A DNA stretch of 64,000 nt, from contig CP154954.1 of NCBI GenBank assembly GCA_039621445.1, forward strand, positions 25,432,954 to 25,496,953, given 5' to 3'. This DNA comes from Euglena gracilis. Taxonomy: Eukaryota. Shown piece by piece: positions 1-12,039 of this stretch (its first letter is position 1; the number at the start of each line of letters is the position of its first letter). Position numbers and translations under genes: made by a program. The notes under the pieces are model-generated. The model was given only the letters and a program-made list of their open reading frames with translations, made no database searches and had not been told where the DNA came from.

Positions 1-3000
1 GCTTCTTTTGAAACAACACTTTTTTTTAAGAATGACATAACATGAGTAGCAAGCAGAAAAACAGAAAATAAAATGGGAAATGCAATGTTGAAAAAGGGCA
101 TGGAGTGGTTCAACGATTCGCTACATGAGACTGTCCTTCAACAACGAATGCCAGTTGGCGTCCCAGAAACGTGTGCTTGACGCGGGAGGGGGTAGCAAAT
201 ACATATTGTGCCTTGGACAAGGGGGGACAACTAATTCACAATGTTTTCCCGGGCTTTCCCCCTACAGATTTTGTCCCCAGCGACCAGACCCCGCCAGAGG
301 GGACCATGATGGGAAGCGTTGGTTGAGTGGTGGATTCTCGTATTTCCTAAAATACGGGGGGAGAGTCCCACTGGCTGGCTGCCTCCCCCCCACGCAACCA
401 GGGTGGTCCTATCAGCAGCCAGCGGTGATTCCCCACACCGTTTTCCCCCCCAAGCCCAATAAACGCCTTGCCCGATGAACAGGGGGTGTTCGGACCGTCC
501 AGATTGTCACCATATAAACCCCCCTCCCAAATAACACCCCCCCTTGGTGTGTTATTTGGGCACCCAAGTTTGGGAACTGGGGCCCCAGGGGGGGGGGTGT
601 TATTTGGGGGGGTGCGTTATTCTTACATGGAAAACCAAAGGAAAACAGGGGGGGTGTTATTTGGGAGGGGGTTTTACCTTATCCAACCCGCCCCCCAAAT
701 AGGACCCCCCAAAAAATACCCCCCCCCTGGGCCGATCGAACAAAAATCCAAAAATAAGACCCCCCCCTTACGGCGCGAAGCGCCGGAGATGGTGAAAATT
801 TTCCCTGAAAAATTACCAAAAACCTCATGAGGGACATCACTGCCAACCGCTTTCCGTCGAACTTGATGGAAAATGCCCTGCGAGGTGCATGCCCGAATGA
901 TGTGTCGGTGGTTCTTTGCGCAAAGTTGAAACACTTCTTGCAACTCAGCTTCCAATCGGTGAAGTCATTGCAACCCGTTGGGGGACGTCGCAACCGTTGC
1001 GTTGCGCTGGCGGGCGGCCCCACAACACACCCGTTCCAAAACCGCTGGCACATGACTCATACGGGCGTGGGCGCCACTCTCCGCCTGACCAAAGGCCTCC
1101 CGCCCATTTCCACTCGCCCTTCGCCGACTGCCTCAGCTCGGAAGTTTCGTCCTTTACATTCACCTGGGACGTTTCCCAAGGGGGGTTGGCCTTTTTGTCC
1201 CCAGTTCACTCATCTTGGCTATCTGGGGTCAGCCTACTTTTTTTCCCAAGGTTTGCACGTGGGCGGGTTGGTTCGAGTTTTGGTGGGGAGACACACCCAG
1301 GGGGGGGGGGTGATGATCCAGGTTTTAAAAACTTTGGGTGGCTTTTGGTGGAGTGGATGGGTGTGGGAAGGTGGCAGGTGGCCTGCCTTGTGGAACTGCC
1401 CCTTCCCCGCTGAGGGCATCACCCATATGAATCTCTGGTCCCCTCCGCGGCTTTCGACCGGGAGGCCCTCCCTGCTGGGTTGCCTCGCTGCCGTCAGTGC
1501 CGCGGAGGGTGGATCTCTCCCGCCACCTGTGACAGCCCGTCGCCTGCATCTGAACAAAATGTTGCTTGAAACTTATTTCATTTGTCTATTTGTTCATTTT
1601 CAAGGGGGGATTGGAGGTGTGTAATAGGAGGTGATGAGATGATTCATTTCTATATCCCCCCATTTCGCAGGTTTTAGCTGTTTCCCAGGTTTGCCGGCTT
1701 CTGGTTTGCTTTGACTTTCTTTTTCTTCACATTTTCCTGGGATTTCAAGTATTTGACATATTTAACTATCCTGATTGCTGAATGGCTTGAGAGAGTTAAC
1801 AAAAGTATGCCACAATGGAGTCTGTTTCGATCCGCAAGGCAAGCTGTGTGGCTGGCCGTTCCACTTTCGCCGCCAATGCTACCGGTCTGCAGCACCAGGC
1901 GCACCGTCAGGCAGGCACGGTGGCGGCCTGGCCCAGGTCTTGCGACCCCGTCCAGGGGCACCCGCTGCAGGCGACCCCGCCCCCCACGTCGTGACCTTGC
2001 CCCCCCCCCCCGCGCTCCTCACCTGTGTCAGGTGGCAGGGCATACCGTGCGGTGGCTTCTTTGTTGCGTTCATTCCCCGGATTTCTCTTTGGCCTCGCTG
2101 TCCGCGAACATTGAACCCCTGAGGGGCATTTGTGCCCCCCCCCCCGAGGATGGAATCTGTGCTCGTTTATGTTGAAGGGAATTTATCCTGTCTGGAAGCG
2201 ACGAGGGAGAATGGCTGCAGCAAAAGAACTGAAGAGTTGAATTCAAAACTGAAGAAAAGCTGCATTACGAATGAACTCACTGATCCAATTACCCCCCCTC
2301 CACCTTTCTCAGGGGTTGTCATTTGGGCTTGGAAGACCTCCACGTGATACACAATTTTCTGATTGTGAAGGGGAGAACACGTTCAAAATGAAGTATTTTT
2401 TGTTGATTTTTCTGCTGTTCTATTTTCTGCTGTTCTAGCTGTTTGTAGTGCTTTTGGTGGGGAAAGGTGGGACACGATATATTGTGTTTTTTTTTCCTGT
2501 TCTCCCAGTGGGACTCTTTGGCACAATGCCTAAGTTGTTTGATTTGTAGGTGTCTGAAGGATCTGGCAATATGCAGTTTGTTTTGTGGCCACATTTGCAC
2601 CCACACCTGGCCCCCTTTTCAGAGATTTGGTATTCCTTCGAACTGAAATGATTGATTGGACTTGATGGTTGACCCCTTTCCCTTTTTTACCTGTTTTGGG
2701 AAGGTAAGAATTATTTATTGATATTATATATTGTATGCGTGATATAGTTTATGTGATGGATATCATGCAGATATAGTCTTCTCTTAATGGAAGGGGGGTC
2801 GTATGGAGTGACCTGGGTCCGATTTTCCGGGAAAGCCGTGGTTATGGATTGGGATAGGGTTAGGGTTCCAACCGGAATCCCAGGGTTATACACTTTTTAG
2901 GAATTTAGACAGAAGTTAGGCCACATTCCATATCAATTTCAGCCGAATTTAGGTCGAATTCGAGCACGTTTTCAGTAAAAAGTGTTTTCGAAAATCTTCC

Positions 3001-3225
3001 CAGGTTGGACTTAACTTCCGGCCTAATATAGTCTTGGCTTGTTTTCGGCGCGACGGTCTTAACCCTGTCCCCATTCCTTTTTCCAGCCAGGAACCTTTTT
3101 CCAGCCTGGGACCCCACCACCATCGAGATTTATTTATTTCCAGCCACCCTTCGGGCGGCTAGAAATAGAAATGGGTTTTTCTCTTTTGGGGGTACCCCCC
3201 CCCTGGGCGTTTGGCCGCCCTCCTG
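1..3225. repeat. Tandem segmental duplication, copy 1 (visible part; unit ~4.55 kb)
   Basis: 1-~3225 is near-identical to 4578-~7770 (both start gcttcttttgaaacaac) with scattered SNPs and small indels. Similarity ends after ggccgccctcct. Confidence 0.95.
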
Positions 3226-3235
3226 TTGTTGTCCA

Positions 3236-3477
3236 GGTTGCAGGTCATGGGGGTGTTACGACCACACACCCCGGTCACAGGTTGCAGGTTGCGAAAAATG
3301 TAACACCACCTTACCTACGACCGCCCCCCTCATTTATGACCACCCCCCGGTCACAGGTTGCAGGTTATGGGGTGTTACGAATACCCCCCCCCCGGTCACA
3401 GGTTGCAGGAACCCGGTCTTACGACAAGGGGTGCAGGAACCCGGTCGTACGACAAGGGGGGGGGGGGGCGGGTAAAT
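3236..3477. mobile_element. Right half of a GTCGTACGAC-family MITE (internal ggtcacaggttgcagg repeats), cut at the duplication junction
   Basis: Ends ggtcgtacgacaaggggg...gcggg|TA like the copy at 25983-26338. The left TIR is absent. Confidence 0.75.
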
Positions 3478-4577
3478 GTCAATTTATACCAATATACACA
3501 TGACGTGAGTGCCAAAGGATATTTTTTGATGTTTTTTAGGAACCTGGAAAAATTTCAGGCCCCAATCCAAAAATAGGAGCCCCCAAAATAAGACCCCCCT
3601 GGAGGTTTGCAGCAACAGACCCGAAAAATAAGACCCGGGTTTTTTGGGGGGGTTTACCCCCAGGAGGTTGGGTCTGGGTGCCTTTGAATGCCTGCCCAGG
3701 CAGGTACCCCCCCCCCGGGTGGGGTTGACCTCACCTTGAAATTCAGCCTGGGGCTGGCAAGCTGGATTAGCAACATCCCCATTGGTGGGGGGGGTGCCTT
3801 GGCTGGGCTGGGCCGAAATTGGGATACCTTTTTTTATTTCTTCCTCCTTTTTAATTATAAATTTCCCCAAAAAAAATATAAATTAAAAGGAGGAAGAAAT
3901 TCCTTTTTTGAATGCCCCATTTTTTTTGTTTCTCATTAGATTTTCTTTTTACAAGAGGGGGTCCAGACCAGGGGTTTTTTTAAAGGTTGGACCCCGGTGG
4001 GGAGGGGATAAGGTGGGTGGGTTTGCCAGACAATCTCCCGGCCTGACGCCTCTCACCGCCTTTCACCGCCTGGGGGGTACTCCAAGGGCCTTGTGGGCCC
4101 CTTCCAGAGGCGGGGGTTTGGGCCATTGTCGCTTTTTTTTTTTGACCCTAAAAGTGACCCCCCCCCAAAAATGGTTCCCCCCACCCGCCCCCCCCCCCGA
4201 GTGTACCCCCTGGCTGGGTGGGTTGGGACTCCCCTCCCCCCCTTGGCCTTAAAAAAATCTCTTGTTGGGGCTTAGGGCTCATTGAGCACCTCCGATTTGT
4301 TTGCCCAGCCTTCTGGCCTATCCCACAGTGTCAGGTCTTGATTGGCTCCGCCAATGAGGTGCTTTCCCCACTGGGTCTCTTGTGGGCAGGGTTGCTGCGA
4401 CACCGATGGGTCGAGACCTGACCGGCGGATGGATGGATGGGACGGCCGCGTGTCTGGGTCATTTTCTGTCACACCCAAAACGAGCTGGAGGTCAACCCAG
4501 TCACAGTGAGTTGTTAAAAGCAATGTCTGTATGTTTGCTCGGGGAAATGCTGAGCAGATAATGTGATCGAAAACCAT

Positions 4578-7500
4578 GCTTCTTTTGAAACAACACTTTT
4601 TTTTAAGAATGACATAACATGAGTAGCAAGCAGAAAAACAGAAAATAAAATGGGAAATGCAATGTTGAAAAAGGGCATGAAGTGGTTAAACGATTCGCTA
4701 CATGAGACTGTCCTTCAACAACGAATGCCCGTTGGCGTCCCAGAAAGGTGTGCTTGACGCGGGAGGGGGTAGCAAATACATATTGTGCCTTGGACAAGGG
4801 GGGACAACTAATTCACAATGTTTTCCCGGGCTTTCCCCCTACAGATTTTGTCCCCAGCGACCAGACCCCGCCAGAGGGGACCATGATGGGAAGCGATGGT
4901 TGAGTGGTGGATTCTCGTATTTCCTAAAATACGGGGGGAGAGTCCCACTGGCTGGCTGCCTCCCCCCCACGCATCCAGGGTGGTCCAATCAGCAGCCAGC
5001 GGTGATTCCCCACACCGTTTTCCCCCCAAGCCCAATAAACGCCTTGCCCGATGAACAGGGGGTGTTCGGACCGTCCAGATTGTCACCATATACCTTATCC
5101 AACCCGCCCCCCAAATAGGACCCCCCCTTGGTGTGTTATTTGGGCACCCAGTTTGGGAACTGGGGCCCCAGGGGGGGGGGTGTTTGTTATTTGGGTGTGT
5201 TTTATTTTTACATGGAAAACCAAAGGAAAACAGGGGGGGTGTTATTTGGGAGGGGGTTTTACCTTATCCAACCCGCCCCCCAAATAGGACCCCCCCAAAA
5301 ATACCCCCCCCCTGGGCCGACCGAGCAAAAATCCAAAAAATAAGACCCCCCCTTACGGCGCGAAGCGCCGGAGATGGTGAAAAGTTTCCCTGAAAAATTA
5401 CCAAAAACCTCATGAGGGACATCACGGCCAACCGCTTTCCGTCGAACTTGATGGAGAAAGGCCGAGAATGCCCTGCGAGTTGAATGCCCGATTGATGTGT
5501 CGGTGGTTCTTTGCGCAAATTTGAAACACTTTTTGCAACTCAGCTTCCCATCGGTGAAGTCATTGCAACACGTTGGGGGACGTCGCAACCGTTGCGTTGC
5601 GCTGGCGGGCGGCCCCACAACACACCCGTTCCAAAACCGCTGGCACATGACTCGTACCGGCGTGGGCGCCACTCTCCGCCCGACCAAAGGCCTCCCGCCC
5701 ATTTCCACTCGCCCTTCGCCGACTGCCTCAGCTCGGAAGTTTCGTCCTTTACATTCACCTGGGACGTTTCCCAAGGGGGGTTGGCCTTTTTGTCCCCAGT
5801 TCACTCATCTTGGCTATCTGGGGTCAGCCTAATTTTTTTCCCAAGGTTTGCACGTGGGCGGGTTGGTTCGAGTTTTGTTGGGGAGACCCGCCCAGGGGGG
5901 GGGAGTGATGATCCAGGTGTGGGAAGGTGGCAGGTGGCCTGCCTTGTGGAACTGCCCCTTCCCCGCTGAGGGCATCACCCATATGAATCTCTGGTCCCCT
6001 CCGCGGCTTTCGACCGGGAGGCCCTCCCTGCTGGGTTGCCTCGCTGCCGTCAGCGCCGCGGAGGGTGGATCTCTCCCGCCACCTGTGACAGCCCGTCGCC
6101 TGCATCTGAACAAAATGTTGCTTGAAACTTATTTCATTAATCTATTTGTTCATTTTCAAGGGGGGATTGGAGGTGTGTAATGGAGGTGATGAGATGATTC
6201 ATTTCTATCTCCCCCCATTTCGCAGGTTTTAGCTGTTTCCCAGGTTTGCCGGCTTCTGGTTTGCTTTGACTTTCTTTTTCTTCACATTTTCCTGGGATTT
6301 CAAGTATTTGACATATTTAACTATCCTGATTGCTGAATGGCTTGAGAGAGTTAACAAAAGTATGCCACAATGGAGTCTGTTTCGATCCGCAAGGCAAGCT
6401 GTGTGGCTGGCCGTTCCACTTTCGCCGCCAATGCTACCGGTCTGCAGCACCAGGCGCACCGTCAGGCAGGCACGGTGGCGGCCTGGCCCAGGTCTTGCGA
6501 CCCCGTCCAGGGGCACCCGCTACAGGCGACCCCTCCCCCCACGTCGTGACCTTGCCCTCCCCCCCCCCCTGCGCTCCTCACCTATGTCAGGTGGCAGGGC
6601 ATACCGTGCGGTGGCTTCTTTGGGACGTTCATTCCCCGGATTTCTCTTTGGCCTCGCTGTCCGCGAACATTGAACCCCTGAGGGGCATTTGTGCCCCCCC
6701 CCCCCGAGGATGAAATCTGTGCTCGTTTATGTTGAGGGGAATTTATCCTGTCTGGAAGCGACGAGGGAGAATGGCTGCAGCAAAAGAACTGAAGAGTTGA
6801 ATTCAAAACTGAAGAAAAGCTGCATTACGAATGAACTCACTGATCCAATTACCCCCCTCCACCTTTCTAAGGGGTTGTCATTTGGGCTCGGAAGACCTCC
6901 ACGTGATACACAATTTCCTGATTGTGAAGGGGAGAACACGTTCAAAATGAAGTATTTTTTGTTGATTTTTCTGCTGTTCTAGCTGTTTGTAGTGCTTTTG
7001 GTGGGTGGGACACGATTTTTTGTTTTTTTTTCCTGTTCTCCCAGTGGGACTCTTTGGCACAATGCCTAAGTTGTTTGATTTGTAGGTGTCTGAAGGATCT
7101 GGCAATATGCAGTTTGTTTTGTGGCCACATTTGCACCCACACCTGGCCCCCTTTTCAGAGATTTGGTATTCCTTCGAACTGAAATGATTGATTGGACTTT
7201 GATGGTTGACCCCTTTCCCTTTTTTACCTGTTTTGGGAAGGTAAGAATTATTTTATGATATTATACATTGTATGCGTGATATAGTTTATGTGATGGATAT
7301 CATGCAGATATATTCTTCTCTTAATGGAAGGGGGGTCGTATGGAGTGACCTGGGTCCGATTTTCCGGGAAAGCCGGGGTTATGGATTGGGATAGGGTTAG
7401 GGTTCCAACCGGAATCCCAGGGTTGTACACTTTTTAGGAATTTAGACAGAAGTTAGGCCACATTCCATATCAATTTCAGCCGAATTTAGGTCGAATTCGA

Positions 7501-7770
7501 GCATGTTTTCAGTAAAAAGTGTTTTCGAAAATCTTCCCAGATTGGACTTAACTTCCGGCCTAATATGGTCCCTAAAATTGGCTTGTTTTCGGCGCGACGG
7601 TCCTAACCCCAACCCCATTCCTTTTTCCAGCCAGGAACCTTTTTCCAGCCTGGGACCCCACCACCATCGAGATTTATTTATTTCCAGCCACCCTTCGGGC
7701 GGCTAGAAATAGAAATGGATTTTTCTCTTTTGGGGGTACCCCCCCCCCTGGGCGTTTGGCCGCCCTCCTC
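4578..7770. repeat. Tandem segmental duplication, copy 2
   Basis: Direct repeat of 1-3225 at an offset of 4577 drifting to ~4545. Duplicated ORF-track translations (125/4702, 1674/6229, 2711/7248) confirm it. Confidence 0.95.
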
Positions 7771-8264
7771 CTTACATGCAAACGTGTCTCCCCTAAAGTT
7801 GGCCTTAGGCCGTTTGTACATGAACGCCAAAATTCTTAACATGCAAATTTGTCCCCCATAAGGTTGGCCCCCTGGGCTTACCTTCAATCATGGCCCAGGG
7901 GGGGGGGGCTACAAAAATGGTCCAAAAATGGGCAAGAATGGGTCAAGAATGGTCGTAAATGGGTCGGGATAAGAGCTGTCAAGGACATTTTTGGTGTCAA
8001 AGGGTTGTTTTTGCATAATTGGTAGTTTTTTGGACAGTTTTGCAATTTCAATTTTTTGGTACCCGGTTCGACTCCAGGTCGGGCCCAGCTCCAGCCCGGG
8101 ACCCCTTAATGGGGAGGGGGTCAGCCAGCAACCTTTTTCCAGCCAGCCCGAATTTTCTCGCCTCTGAGCTGGACCCCCCCCCCCCGGGAGGGGTCTTATG
8201 CACCGCCCTCCTCTGATCCGAAAAGTCAGAAATTCGGACCTGGGTCACTCCATTCAACCCCCCC
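7330..8264. mobile_element. Non-autonomous TIR element (~935 bp) with nested repeats
   Basis: Left end ggggggtcgtatggagtgacctgggtccg is an imperfect inverted repeat of right end cggacctgggtcactccattcaacccccc. Only the left part is present in copy 1 (2792-3225). No TSD seen. Confidence 0.7.
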
Positions 8265-9019
8265 ACTCCTGATCTCCCCCCCCCGGGAGTCATTAAGAGT
8301 GAAGCTGCTATATATGGGTATGTTTATCTATATTAGGAGCACATATGTGTATATTAGGCAGATTTTAATTACTGCCCCCCTTTCCCCCAGGTGGGAGGGC
8401 CCAGTATTTAAACGAGAGGGGGTCCATTTTTTTTCAACGCAAGCTGATGGGTTTTGACGTCATTTTTCGGTTTTCGGGGGGTCCGAAACCCCTCGTTTAG
8501 CTTCTGCCCCCCCCCCAGTTAAAGCCTGCTGACAAAACATTATCTATTTGTCATTATGGCATCATCAAGTTTTTTTTGTTGTCTTGTTGGATGTATTCTG
8601 TTGCGTTTTTTCGATATTTGTTCGTTCTTTTCTCTCGATATGCATTTGCCAATTTCAGGGGGACCATGTTTGTATGTGGGCAGGATGGCTATACGTATAT
8701 GTACGTGCAAAGGTAGACATATTCTTCTGCAACTGCTTCTTTAGGCTTTCATTGGAACAAAGACCATGGCAGCATGGCTAAACATGTGGTCCAATTGCAG
8801 GGATTGTGAATATGACTGCAAATATGACCGAAGCAAACAGAATTGGGCATTTCTCTCTATGAAACCATTCATCATACCAAACAACCAACGGTTCTCCCGA
8901 AGTGTGAGGGCACCTCCTGATGAAGAGCCATCAAATAAGACGGCTCCTCTGGGCTTTCCACCAGATGGTTATGGTTATGGTTGTGGTCAATCACGGTGGC
9001 AATGACAGCGATTTGCCTG

Positions 9020-9054
9020 GACCCCCTCCCTCACCCCTCACCCCCCACCCCCAG
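9020..9054 (+). promoter_or_regulatory. C-rich pyrimidine tract plus CAG acceptor 11 nt before the gene A ATG (putative SL trans-splice or 5'UTR splice acceptor)
   Basis: ccccctccctcacccctcaccccccacccccAG|ggccgtccgccATG. The same arrangement precedes gene B. Confidence 0.55.
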
Positions 9055-9065
9055 GGCCGTCCGCC

Positions 9066-9452
9066 ATGGGCTGCGCCTCCTCCTGCGCCACCGTCGTGCC
9101 CCGCGCGGAGGCCCCGCAGTCCCGCACCGCCACCGCCGCCGCCACCGCCGCCGCCCTGATGGTCGAGTCCAGCCGGCCCTCTGCCAACCCAAACGTCTGG
9201 TTGGAGCAAGTCGGGCGGTGGGTGGGGCCGGCTGGCCACCGGTTGCGGGGGCACCATATGGTGGCGTTTCCCACAACTGGGGTTCGATGTAGCCCCCCCT
9301 CCCGGACCGGACAACCTGCCCTGACATCGACCCCTGCCCATGACCAGCAGGGGGGTGGGTCCAAGACCAGGCAGCCAATGGCGAAGCCCCACACCGCCGC
9401 GACCGCCTCGTTCGACCCACTGGAGCAGGCGGAGGAGCACTCCCCCGGCCAG
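9066..9452 (+). CDS. Gene A exon 1: hypothetical Pro/Gly/Ala-rich protein with N-terminal MGCASS dual-acylation motif
   Basis: Open frame MGCASSCATVV...SANPNVWLEQVGR...CSPPSR...DQQGG...EEHSPGQ, GC-rich, homologous to gene B exons 1-2. Ends CAG|GT at phase 0. Confidence 0.65.
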
Positions 9453-9685
9453 GTTGCAGGGGCTGAGTAGTCAACAGGGTCAGGCCCATTTCCTTAATTT
9501 GGCACATTTTTGCAAAAAAAAATAGGAGGCACACAACGAAAATTTGGCATAAAAACCGTCTTTGGTCACAATTGAAGGCTGCCGAAGGTCACAGAGGTAC
9601 CCGAAAAGTTTGATTCCCCCCCCCCCAAATGTAAAGCCGGGGGGGGCTTTATATTTGGGGGGATTTACTGAGTAAGCCTGAGCAG
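9453..9685 (+). other. Putative intermediate-type intron (GT...AG plus paired CAG/CTG termini)
   Basis: GTTGCAGG...CCTGAGCAG. Flanks ccaggttg / gcagcttg resemble a decayed target duplication. It is followed by a short possible exon (LEDGAV). Confidence 0.4.
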
Positions 9686-10166
9686 CTTGAGGATGGCGCA
9701 GTGCACGAACACAACGAACACTCCCAGACCCATGCACGCACACAAACATCCACACACACAAACAATTACACACAGACACATGATACCCACAACCCCACGC
9801 CACGGCACACCACGCGACATCACAACGCCACAATGCGCCATGACGCTGGAGGCAAAAAAGCCAGACACAAAATACATCTGTTTCACAAATGGAGCATTTC
9901 TGGCGAAAAAAAAATGTTGCATCCACCCAAAATTTTTCTACTTTTTCCTGAATGACACCAGCGTCTGGCTCCACGTCAGGGGGGGCTTTATATTTGGGGG
10001 GTCAAAACCCCCCCAAATAGTATTGCACTGCCGCATTATTGGACCCCCCGCCGCCTTCAGCGGCGGGGGGTGCAGCACTATTTGGACCCGCCGTATTATT
10101 GGCCCCGCAGCATTATTAGGGGGGGGGGGGGTTACGTGGCCCTCTGGTTGCCCGGTTAAGTTCTGA

Positions 10167-10385
10167 GCCCCCGGGTCTGCCCCCGTCAGTTTCCGCACGC
10201 TGTCTGACGACAGGGACCTGACGGGCCATGCGGTGGCCTGCGCCAGCCCCCTGCCGCGGCGCCGCCCGAACGCCCTCCTCACGTTCCGCGTTCGGGGGCC
10301 CCCGCAGACCCCCCGGGGCGAGAAAGTGCTCACGACCCACCCACCGTTTGCCTACAGGGCTGCCTTCATGGGCTCTGCCGCAATT
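10167..10385 (+). CDS. Gene A internal exon (5' edge uncertain)
   Basis: APGSAPVSFRTLSDD...PRRRPNALLTFRVRGPPQTPRG...GSAA aligns with gene B AGGPAPISLRTLSEA...PLRRATLLRFRVRATPGTPAQG...GSAA. Confidence 0.65.
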
Positions 10386-10770
10386 GCACAGGTCTGTGTG
10401 GATGGGTGTGGGCGGTGGGTGGGCTGCTGGGCGCGGCAGCAGTTTAGCGGCACCCAGACAAAACCGCCTCTGATATCGGATGCCCAAACCACCAACATCC
10501 CCTGCCGCAACTTGCTGCATTTCAGTGAAGGCAACGCAAATGCGATGCAAAATGAGACACCAGATTGCTTTACAGATCACAGATGAAATCAAACCACATT
10601 CGCATCAAACGGAGGGTTCGTAAAGGTATGGTCCGAAAATGTGACAATAAATTTTGGCAGGGTTTTGAAAATCTGGAACATTTATCTCGTCGTGTGCTCA
10701 CAAGCCCAACGTGCCCCGAAGGAAATAATGTAAGGCTTCATGAATTGGGCACATTTTGCTATTCTGGCCC

Positions 10771-11030
10771 ATCGGCCTGCCTGGCGGGCGGCAGAGCCCA
10801 TTCCCCAGTGTGGCCCGCCTGCCCATCGTGGCCCCCTCCCCCGAGCCCTGGGCTACGGAACCCCGGCCTCTGCCCCGCACCCACCGGGTCTCCCCCCTCC
10901 TCCCCCCGCGGCCCGCCCCGCCCCCCAGGGGCCTGCCCGCCGGCCGAAAGCTGCCGCAGCTGCAGTACGGGATCTGGCTTGGGGGGGGCACAGACTGCGC
11001 CGCTCACCTCCCCAACCGTTCAAAGATGTC
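10771..11030 (+). CDS. Gene A downstream exon (3' edge and stop not resolved)
   Basis: GLPGGRQSPFPSVARLP...PRTHRVSPLLPPRP...GRKLPQLQY matches gene B GLAVGGRRGPCCSVAHLP and ARTRIAPLVSPRP...SRRLSKLEL. It joins in frame via att|GCACAG...CTGGCCC|atc. Confidence 0.6.
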
Positions 11031-12039
11031 TTTGACAATTTGCAGAGACGCCATCCCCCCTCCCCCCGAAAAAAAAAATTACTCCCCTCCTCCTAGGGGG
11101 GGGGGGGGCAGTCACCTGGGTTGGCGGGAGGCTGGTTGACCCCTTTACCGGGAAAGGGTGCATAACAAAGCAGTTCTTTCCGGGGAGGGGCTTCTTTTGA
11201 CCGAAGATTTCACCCAAGGGAATGGGTAATCTGGCAGGCGGGGGGGGGGGGGGCAGGAGGGCATTTTCGGCCCCCGTAAGTTTTGGAGTGGGTAGTGCCA
11301 CAGAACACCCAGCGGTGCCGAAGGTGCCAGGAACCTGAAAATGGCCTTTTTCAAGGAATATTGGCTTGGTTTCCTGGGGTCGTGACCCAACACGGACCCC
11401 CCCAGGGGAAGTTGTTTCTGGTGTTAACAAGAAGCCTGGACATGACCTGCGGGCTCCCCCACAACCTCACGCAGCATTGGCCTTTCCGTTTGAGACCTTT
11501 TTTTTAGGTCTTCAGTGCCAGTGGCCCTCACAGGCACCATCACCCCGAATTGACAATCAATCTTCGGGGACGGATAATGCACGAGGCTCGCCTCTGTTAG
11601 GAGCAGCTATTGCGATGTGCCGACAAATGCTCGGCTTTGCAAGTGGTGCAAGGTCTGCATCAGCATCCCTTTTGCTCGGGCAGGGCCCACAGAATCGTGG
11701 AAAATGGGCCTCCCTTGAACTGAGTCCTGAGAAGCGATGAATGGTTTGGCCTACATGAACAGAACCCGCCAGCAGTTTGCACTGCCCAAGTCTGAGGGGC
11801 CGGGGCCTACTGCCCCCCCCCCCACCCCGGCAGATCAGACCCCCTCCGCCTCCCCGCCACGGTGCAAGCCTCTCCTTTGGGGTGAGGCATCCAGTCCAAC
11901 TTTTGACATGCTGGTGTGCATTGAAGTTTAATACCCCCAAATCACCCTGTCGTTTTTTTAAAAAATAAAGGGCATTACTGCCCCCCCCCCGGGGGGGCTT
12001 GGTAGTCAAACAGGAGAGTCTTTCTAAAACTTAAGCTGA

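Noticed and set aside
1628-1710. Box C-like GTGATGA (possible tandem snoRNA)
   Set aside because: No suitably placed box D or terminal stem.
125-2200. ORFs of 117-265 aa in the duplicated block
   Set aside because: They span MITEs, are broken by indels or stops in the second copy, and show no domain.
3236-3460. CRISPR-like repeat/spacer look of ggtcacaggttgcagg units
   Set aside because: Short degenerate repeats with related spacers inside TIR elements; eukaryotic context and no cas genes.
3969-4265. CAG-initiated MITE as another TSD example
   Set aside because: Termini resemble the 24842 family but the flanks do not match, so it is not counted as evidence.
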